Source of the DNA: Spirochaetia bacterium
Lineage (GTDB): Bacteria > Spirochaetota > Spirochaetia > SZUA-6 > Bin103
Reading direction: 5' to 3'
Assembly: GCA_965208575.1 (NCBI GenBank)
Contig: CBDBOV010000004.1
Coordinates: 864,001-928,000, forward strand
Length of the DNA stretch: 64,000 bases
Shown here: piece by piece, positions 29,453-40,664 of the stretch
How the letters are laid out: each line of letters begins with the position of its first letter
Position numbering within the stretch: position 1 is the stretch's first letter
Position numbers and translations under genes: made by a program
Notes under the pieces: model-generated
Seen by the model: the letters and a program-made list of their open reading frames with translations, nothing else
What the model was told of the DNA's origin: nothing
The model's database searches: none

Positions 29453-32149
29453 ATGAGCAACCATCGGCTGAAGGAGTCCACCCGCGCGCACTTCACCTAT
29501 CGGGGTGCCGGGCTCAACGAGATTTCGTTTCCGCTCGGGGGTATCGGCACCGGCGCGATCGGGCTGGCCGGCAACGGGCGGCTGATCGACTGGGAGATCT
29601 TCAACCGCCCCAACAAGGGCAGCGTGAACGGCTTCAGCCACTTCGCCGTGAAGGCCGAGCGCGGCGGCGAAGTGGTGGACGCGCGCGTGCTGCACGGCGA
29701 CCTGCCCGGGCCGCTGTCCGGCAGCCTGCGCTCCACGTGGCTGCACAGCTACGGCTTCGGCCCGACGCGCGCCTCGCTCGGCGGCCTGCCGCACTTTTCC
29801 GGCGTGGAGTTCGAGGGCACCTTTCCGGTCGCCACCCTCTCGTTCGTCGACGAGAAGTTTCCCGGCGCCGTCTCCCTGCGCGCCTTCAACCCGTTCATCC
29901 CCGGCAACTCCGACGACTCCAGCATCCCGGCCGCCTGCTTCGAGGTGCAGATAGCCAACACCAGCGACGACGACCTCGACTACACCGTGGCGCTGGCGGT
30001 CACCAACCCCGCCGGACCCGGCAAGTCGGTCAACCACGCGGCGCGCGACGACGCCATTCAGTTTCTCACCCTGGGCACCAGCGGCATCGCCCCCGAGCAC
30101 CCCGGCTACGGCGACCTCACCGCCGCCACCGACTGCCCCGAGGTCAGCTTCCAGGAGTACTGGTTCCGCGGCGCCTGGTTCGACGACCTCACCATCTACT
30201 GGCACGACTTCACCACCCCGGGCGGGTTCGCCAACCGCGGCTACCCGGAGCCGGCCGACGGCGCCGGCGGCGGGTTCGGGCGCGACGATACCGGGGTGCT
30301 GGCGGCGCGCGTCGGCGTGGCCGCCGGGCAGACGCGCAGCGTGCGCTTCGTGCTGGCCTGGAGCTTCCCCAACTGCGTCAACTACTGGCACCCGGTGGGG
30401 GCGGACCAGGAGCAGCGCGACCGGCCGCCGCCGGAGTTCGAGGCCGGCGAGTGGCGCAACTGGTATGCGACCCACTTCGCCGACTCGGCGGCCAGCGCCG
30501 GCTACTGCCTGCGCGAGTGGGAGCGGCTGCAGGGCGTTACCCTGGCGTTCCGCGACGCGCTGTACGCCAGCAGCGTGCCGCCGGCCGTGCTGGACGCCGC
30601 CGCCGCCACCCTGTCGGTGCTCAACAGCCCTACCGTGCTGCGGCTGGAGGATGGCACCTTCTACGGCTTCGAAGGGGTGCGCGTCGACCAGGGCTGCTGC
30701 GAGGGGAGCTGCACCCACGTGTGGAACTACGCCTACGCGCTGCCGTTCCTGTTCCCGGACCTGGAGCGCTCCATGCGCGACGCCGACTTCCGCTACAACG
30801 CCGCCCCCGACGGCGGCATGACGTTCCGGCTGCAACTGCCGCTCGGGCGCGAGCGGCTCGGCTTCCGGCCGTGCGCGGACGGCCAGTTCGGCGGCGTGAT
30901 CAAGGCGTACCGCGAGTGGAAGATCAGCGGCGACTCGGAGTGGCTGCGCAGCCACTGGGAGACGATCAAGCGGAATATCTCGTTCGCCTGGGCGGACAGC
31001 AACCGCGACCGCTGGGACGCGGACCGCGACGGCGTGCTGGAGGGGCGCCAGCACCATACGCTGGACATGGAACTGTTCGGCCCCAACTCCTGGCTGAACG
31101 GCTTCTACCTGGCCGCCCTGGCCGCCGGCGCCGAGATGGCCGACCACTTCGGCGAAGCCGGCACCGCGGCCGAGTACCGGGAGCTGTTCGCGCGCGGCAA
31201 GGAGTGGACCGACCGGAATCTGTTCAACGGCGAGTACTACCAGCAGCAGATCGACCTTGCCGACCGGTCGATCCTGGAGGCGTACGCCGCCGGCGACGAC
31301 AAGGAGACCTACCGCGGCGGGCGCAGCCAGGTAATGAACTACTGGGACGCCGAGCACGGCGAAATCAAGTACCAGGTGGCGGAGGGCTGCGCGATCGACC
31401 AGGTGCTGGCGCAGTGGCACGCCAACATCTGCGGTATCGGCGAGGTGTTCGACCGCGAGCAGACCCGCTCCGCGCTGGCGGCCATCTACCGCCACAACTT
31501 CAAGCGCTCGCTGCGGGAACACTTCAACCCGGCACGCCTGTACGGGCTGGACGACGAGGCGGGCACGGTAATCTGCTCCTACCCGCGCGCCCTGCCGGTG
31601 GTACCGGTGACCTACGCCCAGGAGACCATGCACGGCTTCGAGTACCAGGCCGCTGGCCACCTGATCCAGGAGGGGATGCTGGAGCAGGGGCTGGCGATGG
31701 TGCAGGCGGTGCGCGACCGCTACGACGGCAGCAGGCGCAACCCCTGGAACGAGATCGAGTGCGGCAGCAACTACGCGCGCTCGATGGCCGCGTTCGCGCT
31801 CCTGCTGGCCTGGTCCGGGTTCGAATTCGATGCCGTGCGCGGCCACGTCGGGTTCAGCCCCAAGGTGTCCGACGCGCCGTACACCGCCTTCTGGGCACTC
31901 GCTTCCGGCTGGGGCACCTGCACCCTGGACGTGACCGAGATCCGCCTGCATGCGGAGGCGGGAGAGCTGCGCCTGTCCAGCTTCGCCAGCAACCGTCTGG
32001 TTGGCGCGGCGGGCGGCGCGGTAACCGGCGTGCACGCAGGCGGCGCTGCCGTGGGCTTCCGGCAGGAGGATGCCACCCTCGCCTTCTCCGATGCCATCCG
32101 CATCTCGCCCCAGGCGCCGCTCGCCATCTCCCTGTCGGCGCTGGTCTGA
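29453..32149 (+). CDS. GH116-family glycoside hydrolase (glucosylceramidase-like)
   Basis: FPLGGIGTG.IGLAGNGRLIDWEIFNRP, GFEG.....CCEGSCTHVWNY, ADGQFG, QHHTLD.E, PWNEIECGSNYARSMA. Start uncertain. Confidence 0.9.
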   Translation: MSNHRLKESTRAHFTYRGAGLNEISFPLGGIGTGAIGLAGNGRLIDWEIFNRPNKGSVNGFSHFAVKAERGGEVVDARVLHGDLPGPLSGSLRSTWLHSYGFGPTRASLGGLPHFSGVEFEGTFPVATLSFVDEKFPGAVSLRAFNPFIPGNSDDSSIPAACFEVQIANTSDDDLDYTVALAVTNPAGPGKSVNHAARDDAIQFLTLGTSGIAPEHPGYGDLTAATDCPEVSFQEYWFRGAWFDDLTIYWHDFTTPGGFANRGYPEPADGAGGGFGRDDTGVLAARVGVAAGQTRSVRFVLAWSFPNCVNYWHPVGADQEQRDRPPPEFEAGEWRNWYATHFADSAASAGYCLREWERLQGVTLAFRDALYASSVPPAVLDAAAATLSVLNSPTVLRLEDGTFYGFEGVRVDQGCCEGSCTHVWNYAYALPFLFPDLERSMRDADFRYNAAPDGGMTFRLQLPLGRERLGFRPCADGQFGGVIKAYREWKISGDSEWLRSHWETIKRNISFAWADSNRDRWDADRDGVLEGRQHHTLDMELFGPNSWLNGFYLAALAAGAEMADHFGEAGTAAEYRELFARGKEWTDRNLFNGEYYQQQIDLADRSILEAYAAGDDKETYRGGRSQVMNYWDAEHGEIKYQVAEGCAIDQVLAQWHANICGIGEVFDREQTRSALAAIYRHNFKRSLREHFNPARLYGLDDEAGTVICSYPRALPVVPVTYAQETMHGFEYQAAGHLIQEGMLEQGLAMVQAVRDRYDGSRRNPWNEIECGSNYARSMAAFALLLAWSGFEFDAVRGHVGFSPKVSDAPYTAFWALASGWGTCTLDVTEIRLHAEAGELRLSSFASNRLVGAAGGAVTGVHAGGAAVGFRQEDATLAFSDAIRISPQAPLAISLSALV

Positions 32150-32191
32150 TGACGGCGACCCTGCACATCGGCTTCACCATGGGAGGCTGAC

Positions 32192-33766
32192 GTGACGCGA
32201 ACCGGCATGGCCGACTACCTGCGCCGGCGCCGTGCACAGGCCGGGCGTGCCGCCGCGACTCCGGGCGAGCCGCGGCCCGCACCGCAGTCTTCGGCGCCGG
32301 CGGACAGCAGACCGCACCGCACCGGCGCCGTTCTCTATACCGTCTGCGCACTGCTGCTGCTGGTCGGTCTGTTCATGGTCAGTGGCCTGGTCTTAGCACT
32401 GATCTACGGCGAACAGGAGGCGGTCGTGGGGTTCGCGGTGGCATCCGGGATCGCGCTGGTATGCGCGGCGAGCGGATTCCTCAGCTTCCGCTCCTACCGC
32501 GACGCCGCACTGCTGACCCGCGACGGGTTCCTGGTGGTGGTGCTGAGCTGGCTGGTGGTGTGCGCATTCGGTGCGCTGCCGTACGTCATCAGCGGCAGCA
32601 TCCCGCGCTACTCCGACGCTTTCTTCGAGACCATGTCGGGGTTCACCACCACGGGAGCCACCCTGCTCACCGACATCGAATCGCTGCCGCGGTCGGTGCT
32701 GTTCTGGCGCTCGCTGACGCAGTGGCTCGGCGGAATGGGCATCGTGGTGCTCACCGTCGCCATCCTGCCGCGGCTCGGCATCGGCGGCCTCAAGCTGATG
32801 CGCACGGAGGCGCCCGGCCCCACCCTGGAGAAGCTCACGCCGCGGGTCGCCGGCACCGCCAAGATCCTGTGGCTGTTCTACCTCGGACTGACGGTGATGC
32901 AGGTGTCGCTGCTGCTCGCGGGCGGGCTGCCGCTGTACGACGCGCTGACCCACACCCTCAGCACCATCGCCACCGGCGGCTTCTCGCCGCGCGCGGCCAG
33001 CGTCGGCGCCTACGATTCGGCGTTCGTGGACATGGTGGTGACCGTGTTCATGCTGCTGGCGGCGGTCAACTTCTCGCTCTACTTCCAGGCGTTCCGCGGC
33101 AACCCCGGCAAGCTGTTCAGCAACCTGGAACTGCGCGCGTTCTTTTGCATCTACGTTGTGGCGGCGGCGCTGGTAACCCTGTCGGTGACCGGGACGACCT
33201 ACGACTCGTTGGGCACGGGATTGCGCTTTGCCGCGTTTCAAGCCGCCTCGCTCCTCACCGGCACCGGGTTCACCACCGCGAACTACGATGGCTGGCCCAA
33301 CATGGCGCGCGCCGTGCTCCTGGTTGTCATGTTCGTGGGCGGCTGCTCCGGCTCCACCGCCGGCGGGATCAAGGTGATCCGGGTGGCCACGCTGTTCAAG
33401 CAGGCGCTGAACGAGTTCCGGCGCCTGATCCACCCGCAGGGCATCTTCACGCTCAGGATCGGCGACCGCCGGGTCAAGAAGGACATCCTCTACCCGGTGG
33501 CGATGTTCTTCTTCCTCTACATCGGCATGGTGCTGGCGACCACCCTGGTGGTGGCCGGCTTCAGCCCCGACCTGACCACCGCCTTCACCACCGGCCTGGC
33601 CACCGTCGGCAACGTCGGCCCCGGCTTCGGCGCCATCGGCCCCGCACAGAACTACGCCTTCTACCCGGACGGCATCAAGTGGTGGCTCAGCTTCGCCATG
33701 CTCACCGGCCGCCTGGAGATCTACAGCGTACTGCTCCTCCTCACCCCCGCCTTCTGGCGCCGCTGA
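32192..33766 (+). CDS. trkH: TrkH potassium uptake membrane protein
   Basis: FFETMSGFTTTGAT, WRSLTQWLGGMGI, TIATGGFS, GGCSGSTAGGIK, GNVGPG, MLTGRLE. Confidence 0.95.
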   Translation: MTRTGMADYLRRRRAQAGRAAATPGEPRPAPQSSAPADSRPHRTGAVLYTVCALLLLVGLFMVSGLVLALIYGEQEAVVGFAVASGIALVCAASGFLSFRSYRDAALLTRDGFLVVVLSWLVVCAFGALPYVISGSIPRYSDAFFETMSGFTTTGATLLTDIESLPRSVLFWRSLTQWLGGMGIVVLTVAILPRLGIGGLKLMRTEAPGPTLEKLTPRVAGTAKILWLFYLGLTVMQVSLLLAGGLPLYDALTHTLSTIATGGFSPRAASVGAYDSAFVDMVVTVFMLLAAVNFSLYFQAFRGNPGKLFSNLELRAFFCIYVVAAALVTLSVTGTTYDSLGTGLRFAAFQAASLLTGTGFTTANYDGWPNMARAVLLVVMFVGGCSGSTAGGIKVIRVATLFKQALNEFRRLIHPQGIFTLRIGDRRVKKDILYPVAMFFFLYIGMVLATTLVVAGFSPDLTTAFTTGLATVGNVGPGFGAIGPAQNYAFYPDGIKWWLSFAMLTGRLEIYSVLLLLTPAFWRR

Positions 33767-33898
33767 AGCAATGCACCTGCCTGGTCCGAAAATGGCGGCC
33801 ACCGTGCACTGCCCCATGCGCCGTTTTCATGGTCTTCCATATCACGGAGTTACCGTACAGGCTCGCGTACTGGCGACAGCGCTGTTGAATGCGGCCGC

Positions 33899-35126
<1,228 letters not shown>

Positions 35127-35130
<4 letters not shown>

Positions 35131-36719
35131 GGGAGCGAGTCCTTCGCCCTGGCTTGGCGCGCGAGGGCTTCACCAGCCGCAGTGCGACGATAGCGCTGGT
35201 GCTGACTCCTGGGTTTCTCGGGTAGCGTCATTTCTATCAGACCCGCCTCGACGGCTGGACGAAGGTACGCGGTCGTGAAGTGGTTCCGGTCTCTAAGTCC
35301 AAGCGTCTCCTGCAATTGACCGCGACTCATCTGTCCGGAGAGCGTCGCCACGAGTTGCACAACATGACCGCTGACTTGCGGGGTCACTTGCGGGGTTACT
35401 TGCGGGGTCTCGGGTTGGACGACTTGCCCAAGATCTTGTACGGCACCCTGTACGGTCGGTGCGCCATCCGCGGTATGTACCGGTAGACGGACCAGAAACC
35501 AGGTGCGGTCGTCGTCGCTTTCGAAGACGGGTGCCGGTGATCCATTCTTGCGCATGGCGCGCAGGATCTTGGGAATGCCTGTGGACCGTCCCTCGGCCAA
35601 GTCTAGCTCCTTCAAAAACTCGCCGATGCGTCGGTTCCGGTACCGGCGGCTGATCGCGCGCCCGGTCTGCAGATCTTCCATGCGGATGGACCGGTCGGCG
35701 CCGGGAAAGCTCAAGATCGTCAGTTCCTGCGGAGTGATGCGTACCTCTACCGGCTCACGCTCTTCGTACGAGCGATGGTAGATTGCGTTCACCAGGGCCT
35801 CCTCGATAGCCGCGAGGGGGAAGTTCCAGAATCGCTCGGCTTCCGGCTGATGTGGATGCTTGATGACGGTTTCCTTCAGGTAGTTCCGGTCTATAAACTC
35901 AATAGCCTCGCGCAGGATGACCGCCAAGGGACCACGAAACTCCTTCTCCTCGAAGCGATCGCCGCCGGGACCCTCCGGAAACCACACGACATCGATCTGG
36001 GTTGTCGGAAAGAAGCGGTGCGGTGCCTCGTTGAAGAACAGGAGCCCAACATTCTTGGGAAAGTACGCCTCAGCAGGTCCGCCAACGATATTCATGCGGC
36101 GGCCCAGGACCTCCACCGAAAGCCCTGTTTCCAACGCGAGGTCGCTGCCCACGGCACGAAGAAACTGCTCAATCAGCCTCAACGAGAGATCATCCAGCGA
36201 TCCTGTCTGGTGGTAGCGGTCATCGAACGGCACGGTGGCGGCCAACGACAGCAGTTCGCGTTCATCGGCTCCCTTGGCGCGGACAGTGCTGCTGTGCCGG
36301 CGAATGTAATACGCCCACTCTGTCCTGCCACGTGCCAGACTCACTCTCGCCTTGTAGGGGCGCGTCTCGCCGCCGGGCGCCCACAGCACGAGAATCATCC
36401 GGCCACCGATCTCGTAAATTCCCACAATTGGATGGTAGCGCGGTTGCAAGGAGGATTCGCCCAGCCGCAACAGTTCATTCTGCACCGCGTCGATCCGTCC
36501 GGGATCTATGCCTCTCGGCGGCAACACCGGCAGCCCTTCGCGCTCCTCGACACCCAACACTACGTAACCGCCGCCCAGATTGTGAAAGTCATTGGCGAAG
36601 GCGCAAGCCGTGTGCAGCACACTCTGTGGATTCCAGCCGGCCTTGTACTCCACGCGCTCACCCTCGATAGTGCGCTGCCACAATAGGTCGCCAAGGTTAA
36701 TCGGGAGCGTCTTGGTCAT
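35127..36719 (-). CDS. Schlafen/AlbA_2 + HATPase_c_4 + C-terminal HTH protein
   Basis: EGERVEYKAGW, CAFANDFHNLGGGYVVLGV, FPLAAIEEALVNAIYHRSY, YRNRRIGEFLKELDLAEGRSTGIPKI, YLRPAVEAGLIEMTLPEKPRSQHQRY. ATGA overlaps on both sides. Confidence 0.88.
35374..35409 (-). repeat. 3 x 12-bp tandem repeat encoding a TPQV linker
   Basis: ACTTGCGGGGTC, ACTTGCGGGGTT, ACTTGCGGGGTC on the + strand. Confidence 0.85.
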
Positions 36720-37203
36720 GCCTCCGCACCAGCCATCGCTTGCTTCTTTCGCTTCTGGGAAGACTTGCGCTTCGTCACCCGCTCACGTTCTTTCCTGATC
36801 CTGGCGAGAAGGACGGAAGCCGGTTCATCTTCCGGGTGCGGTCGGACGAGCTGTCCCGAGAACGCTCGGCTCAGAATAGATTGCCGAAGTGCTATCGCCT
36901 TTGTGGCTTGGCAGTCGACAAGCGTGGAAGCATGGTTGAGTGCGACGAATCTACGTCGAATCGCCTCGGCTATGGCAACCTGTTCGCCCCAAGGTGGTAG
37001 CGGTATAAGTGTGGCCTTGATGTCCTGCTGATTCACCTTGAAGAAACCGGCAGTTGTCCTCGCTTTTTCCTCAATCTGCCTCCGAACTACCTGCGAGTTC
37101 CACACAAAGCAACCAGACTCTCGATGCCTAACTCAAGCTCTGACAACAACTCGTCAATCTTTTCAACAATGCGATGTTGTTCGCCCGTCGAGGGCAACCA
37201 TAC
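36716..37203 (-). pseudogene. hsdS: Type I R-M specificity subunit remnant lacking TRDs
   Basis: Conserved helical segments LPSTGEQHRIVEKIDELLSEL and IPLPPWGEQ..I...LRQSILSRAFSGQLV..DEPASVLLARI in different frames. The variable domains are almost entirely absent. Confidence 0.8.
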
Positions 37204-39861
37204 CAGGTCGTCGCGGGCGAGGTGGAAGGAGGTGGCGACGTGGTCGCGGATCATGCGCAGCCATGCCATCTGCTGGTCGTTGAACTTGTCGCCGCTGCCG
37301 CTGTGGCGGGACATGATCCAAGTCTGGAAGTTGCGGCGCACGGTCTCAGCATAGGGTGCGAGCGTCTGGTCGATGCCGCAGACGCGGCGGATCAGGGCGA
37401 CGAGGGCGGCGAGTTCCTTGTCCGGCTGCTGGCCGCGGTAGTCGTCGAGCAACGCGTAGGCCCGCCAGACGCGCAGGGGTGCGAGGAGCGGCTTGTCGGC
37501 GTTCAGCTTGTCGAGCACGTCGCGGATCATACCGTAGGTCAGGTCGCGACGTCGGTGCGGCTGGCGGTAGAAGATGGTGAGCGCTTCGACCTGGTCGCGG
37601 TTGGCTTCCAGGTATTCGCGGAAGTCGTGCGCCAGGGTCTGGGCGTTCTCCTGGGCGTCGCCCTCCCACTCAGCGCGCAGCACGGTGTCCAGGCTGTCGT
37701 GGTCGATGGTCTGTTCCTTGTCGCGGCGGATCGAGTCGATCAGGTCGATCAACTCGCCGGTGAACACGCCGGCGGCGTCGGCGGCGAGCAGGTCGCGCGC
37801 CTTGTCCACGGCAGCCGGGGCTGGGTCGTCGTCTCCGGCCGGGGGATCGATCTCGCGCGCCTTGGCGTCGATGCGGTCGGGATCGATGGCCGCCAGCAGG
37901 TTGCCGACGATGGCGGTCAGCTCGACGCCGCCGGCCTGTTCCTCGATACGGCGCCGCTCGGCGTCGTCGAGTTGCCGGTTGAGGCGGGCGAGGCGGCCGG
38001 CCAGGGAACTCAGCGTCTCCTCGTCGCGGGCGCCCATCATCACGCCCATGGCGAGGTCCTTCAGCGGTACGCCGGGCTTGCTGATGAGCGGGCCGCTGTT
38101 GGTCTTGACGGACTGGGTCACGCCGACCGCGTCCACGATTACGTAGTGGGTCTTGGCGGTGGCCGCGGAGGGCGTCACCTTCCGCAGGTCGTCGTGATCG
38201 AGGGTACGCGTGCCGCGGCCCTTCATCTGCTCGAAGTAGTTGCGGCTGCGCACGTCGCGCATGAACAGGAGGCACTCGAGCGGCTTCACGTCGGTGCCGG
38301 TGGCGATCATGTCCACGGTAACGGCGATGCGCGGATGGTAGTCGTTGCGGAACTGGGTGAGCAGCGACTTCGGGTCGCCATCTACCTTGTAGGTGATCTT
38401 GCGGCAGAACTCGTTGCCGGCGGCGAACTCCTCGCGCACGGTCTGGATGATGTCGTCGGCGTGGCTGTCGGTCTTGGCGAAGATCAACGTCTTGGGAACC
38501 TCCCTGCGGCCCGGGAAGATCTCCGGCAGCTCGTCGCGGAAGGTACGGACCACGGTGCGGATCTGGTCCGGATTCACCACCGAGCGGTCCAGATCCTTGG
38601 CGCCGTATGCCTGGTCTTCGTCCTGGATCTGCCACCGCTTCCGGCGCGTCAGCCGCTCGCGTTTTTCGACGGACCGGCCCGCCTTGATCTTGCCACCGTG
38701 CTGCGACCTCTCGGTCTCGACCACGTACACCTCGTTGCCGACGTTGACCCCGTCGGCGACGGCCTGCTCATGGGAATACTCGCTGACCACGTTCTTTCGG
38801 AAGAACCCGAAGGTACGGTTGTCCGGGGTGGCGGTCAGGCCGATCAGGTAGGCGTCGAAGTACTCCAGCACCTGGCGCCACAGGTCGTAGATCGAGCGAT
38901 GGCACTCGTCGATGATGATGAAGTCGAAAAACTCGGGCGGCAGCGTGGGATTGTAGACCACCGGCGGTGGTCTTCGCGGCTGTATCAGCTCCGCCGGGTT
39001 GGTTTCCTCGGCCGCGGCGTCGATCTCCTCGCCCTTGAGGATGGAGTACATGCGCTGGATCGTGCTGATGCAGACCTGGCTGTCGGCGGCCACGAACGAC
39101 GAGGTGAGCCGCTGCACGTTGTACAGTTCGACGAACTTGCGGTTGTCGTCGCTCGGCACGTAGGCCATGAACTCCTGTTGCGCCTGCTCGCCGAGGTTGC
39201 GGGTGTCGACCAGGAACAGAATGCGCTTGGCGTCGGCGTGCTTGACCAGGCGGTAGACCGCGGCGATGGCGGTGTAGGTCTTGCCGGAGCCGGTGGCCAT
39301 CTGGATGAGGGCGCGCGGGCGGTCCCGCCTGAATGACGCCTCCAGGTTCTCGATGGCGCCGATCTGGCATGCGCGCAGCCCGGACGGGTCGAGGGGTGGC
39401 AGCCGGTGCAGCCGCTTGCGAAGCGGATCAGGCTGCGCGGTCCATTCCCGCATCGTCTCCGGCCTCAGGAAGCTGAATACCTCGCGGGAGCGCGGCACCG
39501 GATCGGCGCGATTCGTGAAGCGCGTCACCACCCCGGTACTCTCGTACACGAAGGGCAGCGGCTCGGAGTTGTTGACCCACTTGAGTGTCGCCGCGGCATA
39601 GGCGCCGGACTGGTTCTCTACGTCGGTGATCCTGTGCCCCCACTCTTCCCGCTTCGCTTCGATCACGCCGACCGCCCGCTCGTCGATGAACAGCACGTAG
39701 TCCGCCGGCCCCACGTCGGTCGGATACTCGCGCACCGCGATCCCGACTCCGGCGCCGAAGTCGATTTTCCCCATCGACTGCACGCACCAACCCGCCTGTT
39801 CCAGCTTGGTGTCGATGGCGGCTCGCGCCTGTTGTTCGGGAGTACGGATGAAGTCAGTCAT
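37087..39861 (-). CDS. hsdR: Type I restriction endonuclease subunit R, C-terminus fused to an hsdS fragment
   Basis: ADYVLF...VIEAK, MATGSGKT, IIIDECHRSIY, GLTATP, IAVTVDMIATGTD, EQMKGRGTR. Confidence 0.92.
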   Translation of the reverse strand: MTDFIRTPEQQARAAIDTKLEQAGWCVQSMGKIDFGAGVGIAVREYPTDVGPADYVLFIDERAVGVIEAKREEWGHRITDVENQSGAYAAATLKWVNNSEPLPFVYESTGVVTRFTNRADPVPRSREVFSFLRPETMREWTAQPDPLRKRLHRLPPLDPSGLRACQIGAIENLEASFRRDRPRALIQMATGSGKTYTAIAAVYRLVKHADAKRILFLVDTRNLGEQAQQEFMAYVPSDDNRKFVELYNVQRLTSSFVAADSQVCISTIQRMYSILKGEEIDAAAEETNPAELIQPRRPPPVVYNPTLPPEFFDFIIIDECHRSIYDLWRQVLEYFDAYLIGLTATPDNRTFGFFRKNVVSEYSHEQAVADGVNVGNEVYVVETERSQHGGKIKAGRSVEKRERLTRRKRWQIQDEDQAYGAKDLDRSVVNPDQIRTVVRTFRDELPEIFPGRREVPKTLIFAKTDSHADDIIQTVREEFAAGNEFCRKITYKVDGDPKSLLTQFRNDYHPRIAVTVDMIATGTDVKPLECLLFMRDVRSRNYFEQMKGRGTRTLDHDDLRKVTPSAATAKTHYVIVDAVGVTQSVKTNSGPLISKPGVPLKDLAMGVMMGARDEETLSSLAGRLARLNRQLDDAERRRIEEQAGGVELTAIVGNLLAAIDPDRIDAKAREIDPPAGDDDPAPAAVDKARDLLAADAAGVFTGELIDLIDSIRRDKEQTIDHDSLDTVLRAEWEGDAQENAQTLAHDFREYLEANRDQVEALTIFYRQPHRRRDLTYGMIRDVLDKLNADKPLLAPLRVWRAYALLDDYRGQQPDKELAALVALIRRVCGIDQTLAPYAETVRRNFQTWIMSRHSGSGDKFNDQQMAWLRMIRDHVATSFHLARDDLVWLPSTGEQHRIVEKIDELLSELELGIESLVALCGTRR

Positions 39862-39925
39862 CGTTGCAACGTCGTACTTGTGGAGGGACCATGACGCCGT
39901 ACGGACATCCTATCACAACGACGCG

Positions 39926-39962
39926 TTGACTATCCCGCGAATGCATATACAATGATATATGC
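39926..39962 (+). promoter_or_regulatory. relE-phd promoter with operator palindrome
   Basis: TTGACT (39926), 16 bp, TACAAT (39948). Perfect inverted repeat gcatata (39943) / tatatgc (39956) abutting the start codon. Confidence 0.65.
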
Positions 39963-40262
39963 GTGTATGAGCTCCGATTCGCAACGGATGTCGAGGACGA
40001 CCTGAAGAGAGTCCGCGTCCACGACCGAAGGCGGATCCTGGACTCGATTGAAATCCAGTTGTCCTATCAACCGACCTTGTCGACGAAGAACCGCAAGATC
40101 CTTGTCGACTTGGCGCCCCCATGGGAGGCGAATCCACCCATCTGGGAATTGCGCGTGGGAGATCATCGAGTGTTCTATGACGTCGACGAAGAGCTGAAGG
40201 TAGTCTACGTGCGCGCCGTACGCGAGAAGCCGCCCGACAAGCGGACGGAGGATATATTGTGA
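39963..40262 (+). CDS. RelE/ParE-family toxin
   Basis: YELRFA..VEDDLK, RILDSI..QL, WELRVGDHRVFYDVD....VYVRAV. Confidence 0.88.
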   Translation: MYELRFATDVEDDLKRVRVHDRRRILDSIEIQLSYQPTLSTKNRKILVDLAPPWEANPPIWELRVGDHRVFYDVDEELKVVYVRAVREKPPDKRTEDIL

Positions 40263-40501
40263 AGACGATCAGTGTCCGCGACCTGCAAAGGCGCATCAGG
40301 TCCGTAATGGATACGGCTCAGCGGGACCAAGTGGTGATTACGCGTAATGGGCAGCCCATTGCCTTAGTGGTCGGGATAGAAGGAGCGGACTGGGAGACAG
40401 TGGCGGTCGAGACCAGCCGACCCTTCTGGAAGGAGATCGCCCGACGGCGAGACCAGGAGACGTTATCCTTCGCCGAGATCCGCAGACGGATGGAGGCGTA
40501 A
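40259..40501 (+). CDS. Phd/YefM-family antitoxin
   Basis: MKTISVRDL...I..V......VVITRNGQPIALVV. GTGA overlap with the toxin stop (toxin-first order). Confidence 0.88.
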   Translation: MKTISVRDLQRRIRSVMDTAQRDQVVITRNGQPIALVVGIEGADWETVAVETSRPFWKEIARRRDQETLSFAEIRRRMEA

Positions 40502-40559
40502 CCCACCCACCGCGGACGAGCCGCGGGTGTCCCAGGCGGTCTCAGGATGCGGACGAGCG

Positions 40560-40664
40560 GCAGTCGGACGCTCCTATATAGAGCAATTGGACGCTGTGAT
40601 AAGCGTCAATTGGAAGCTTGTGTAACAGGCAATCAGACGCTACGATAACCGGCAAATGGCCGAT
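40560..40664 (+). repeat. Five degenerate 13-bp direct repeats at an exact 23-bp period
   Basis: gcagtcggacgct (40560), gcaattggacgct (40583), tcaattggaagct (40606), gcaatcagacgct (40629), gcaaatggccgat (40652). Confidence 0.8.
40618..40646 (+). promoter_or_regulatory. Putative sigma70 promoter of the AAA_14-DUF4143 gene (near-leaderless)
   Basis: TTGTGT (40618), 17 bp, TACGAT (40641). ATG at 40656, no SD visible. Confidence 0.55.

Noticed and set aside
32149-32190. 13-codon mini-ORF (MTATLHIGFTMGG) between GH116 and trkH
   Set aside because: Too short to support. It may simply contain the trkH RBS.
40560-40664. CRISPR mini-array interpretation of the 23-bp periodic repeats
   Set aside because: The repeats are only 13 bp and degenerate, the spacers are 10 bp and similar to each other, and no cas genes are in the window.
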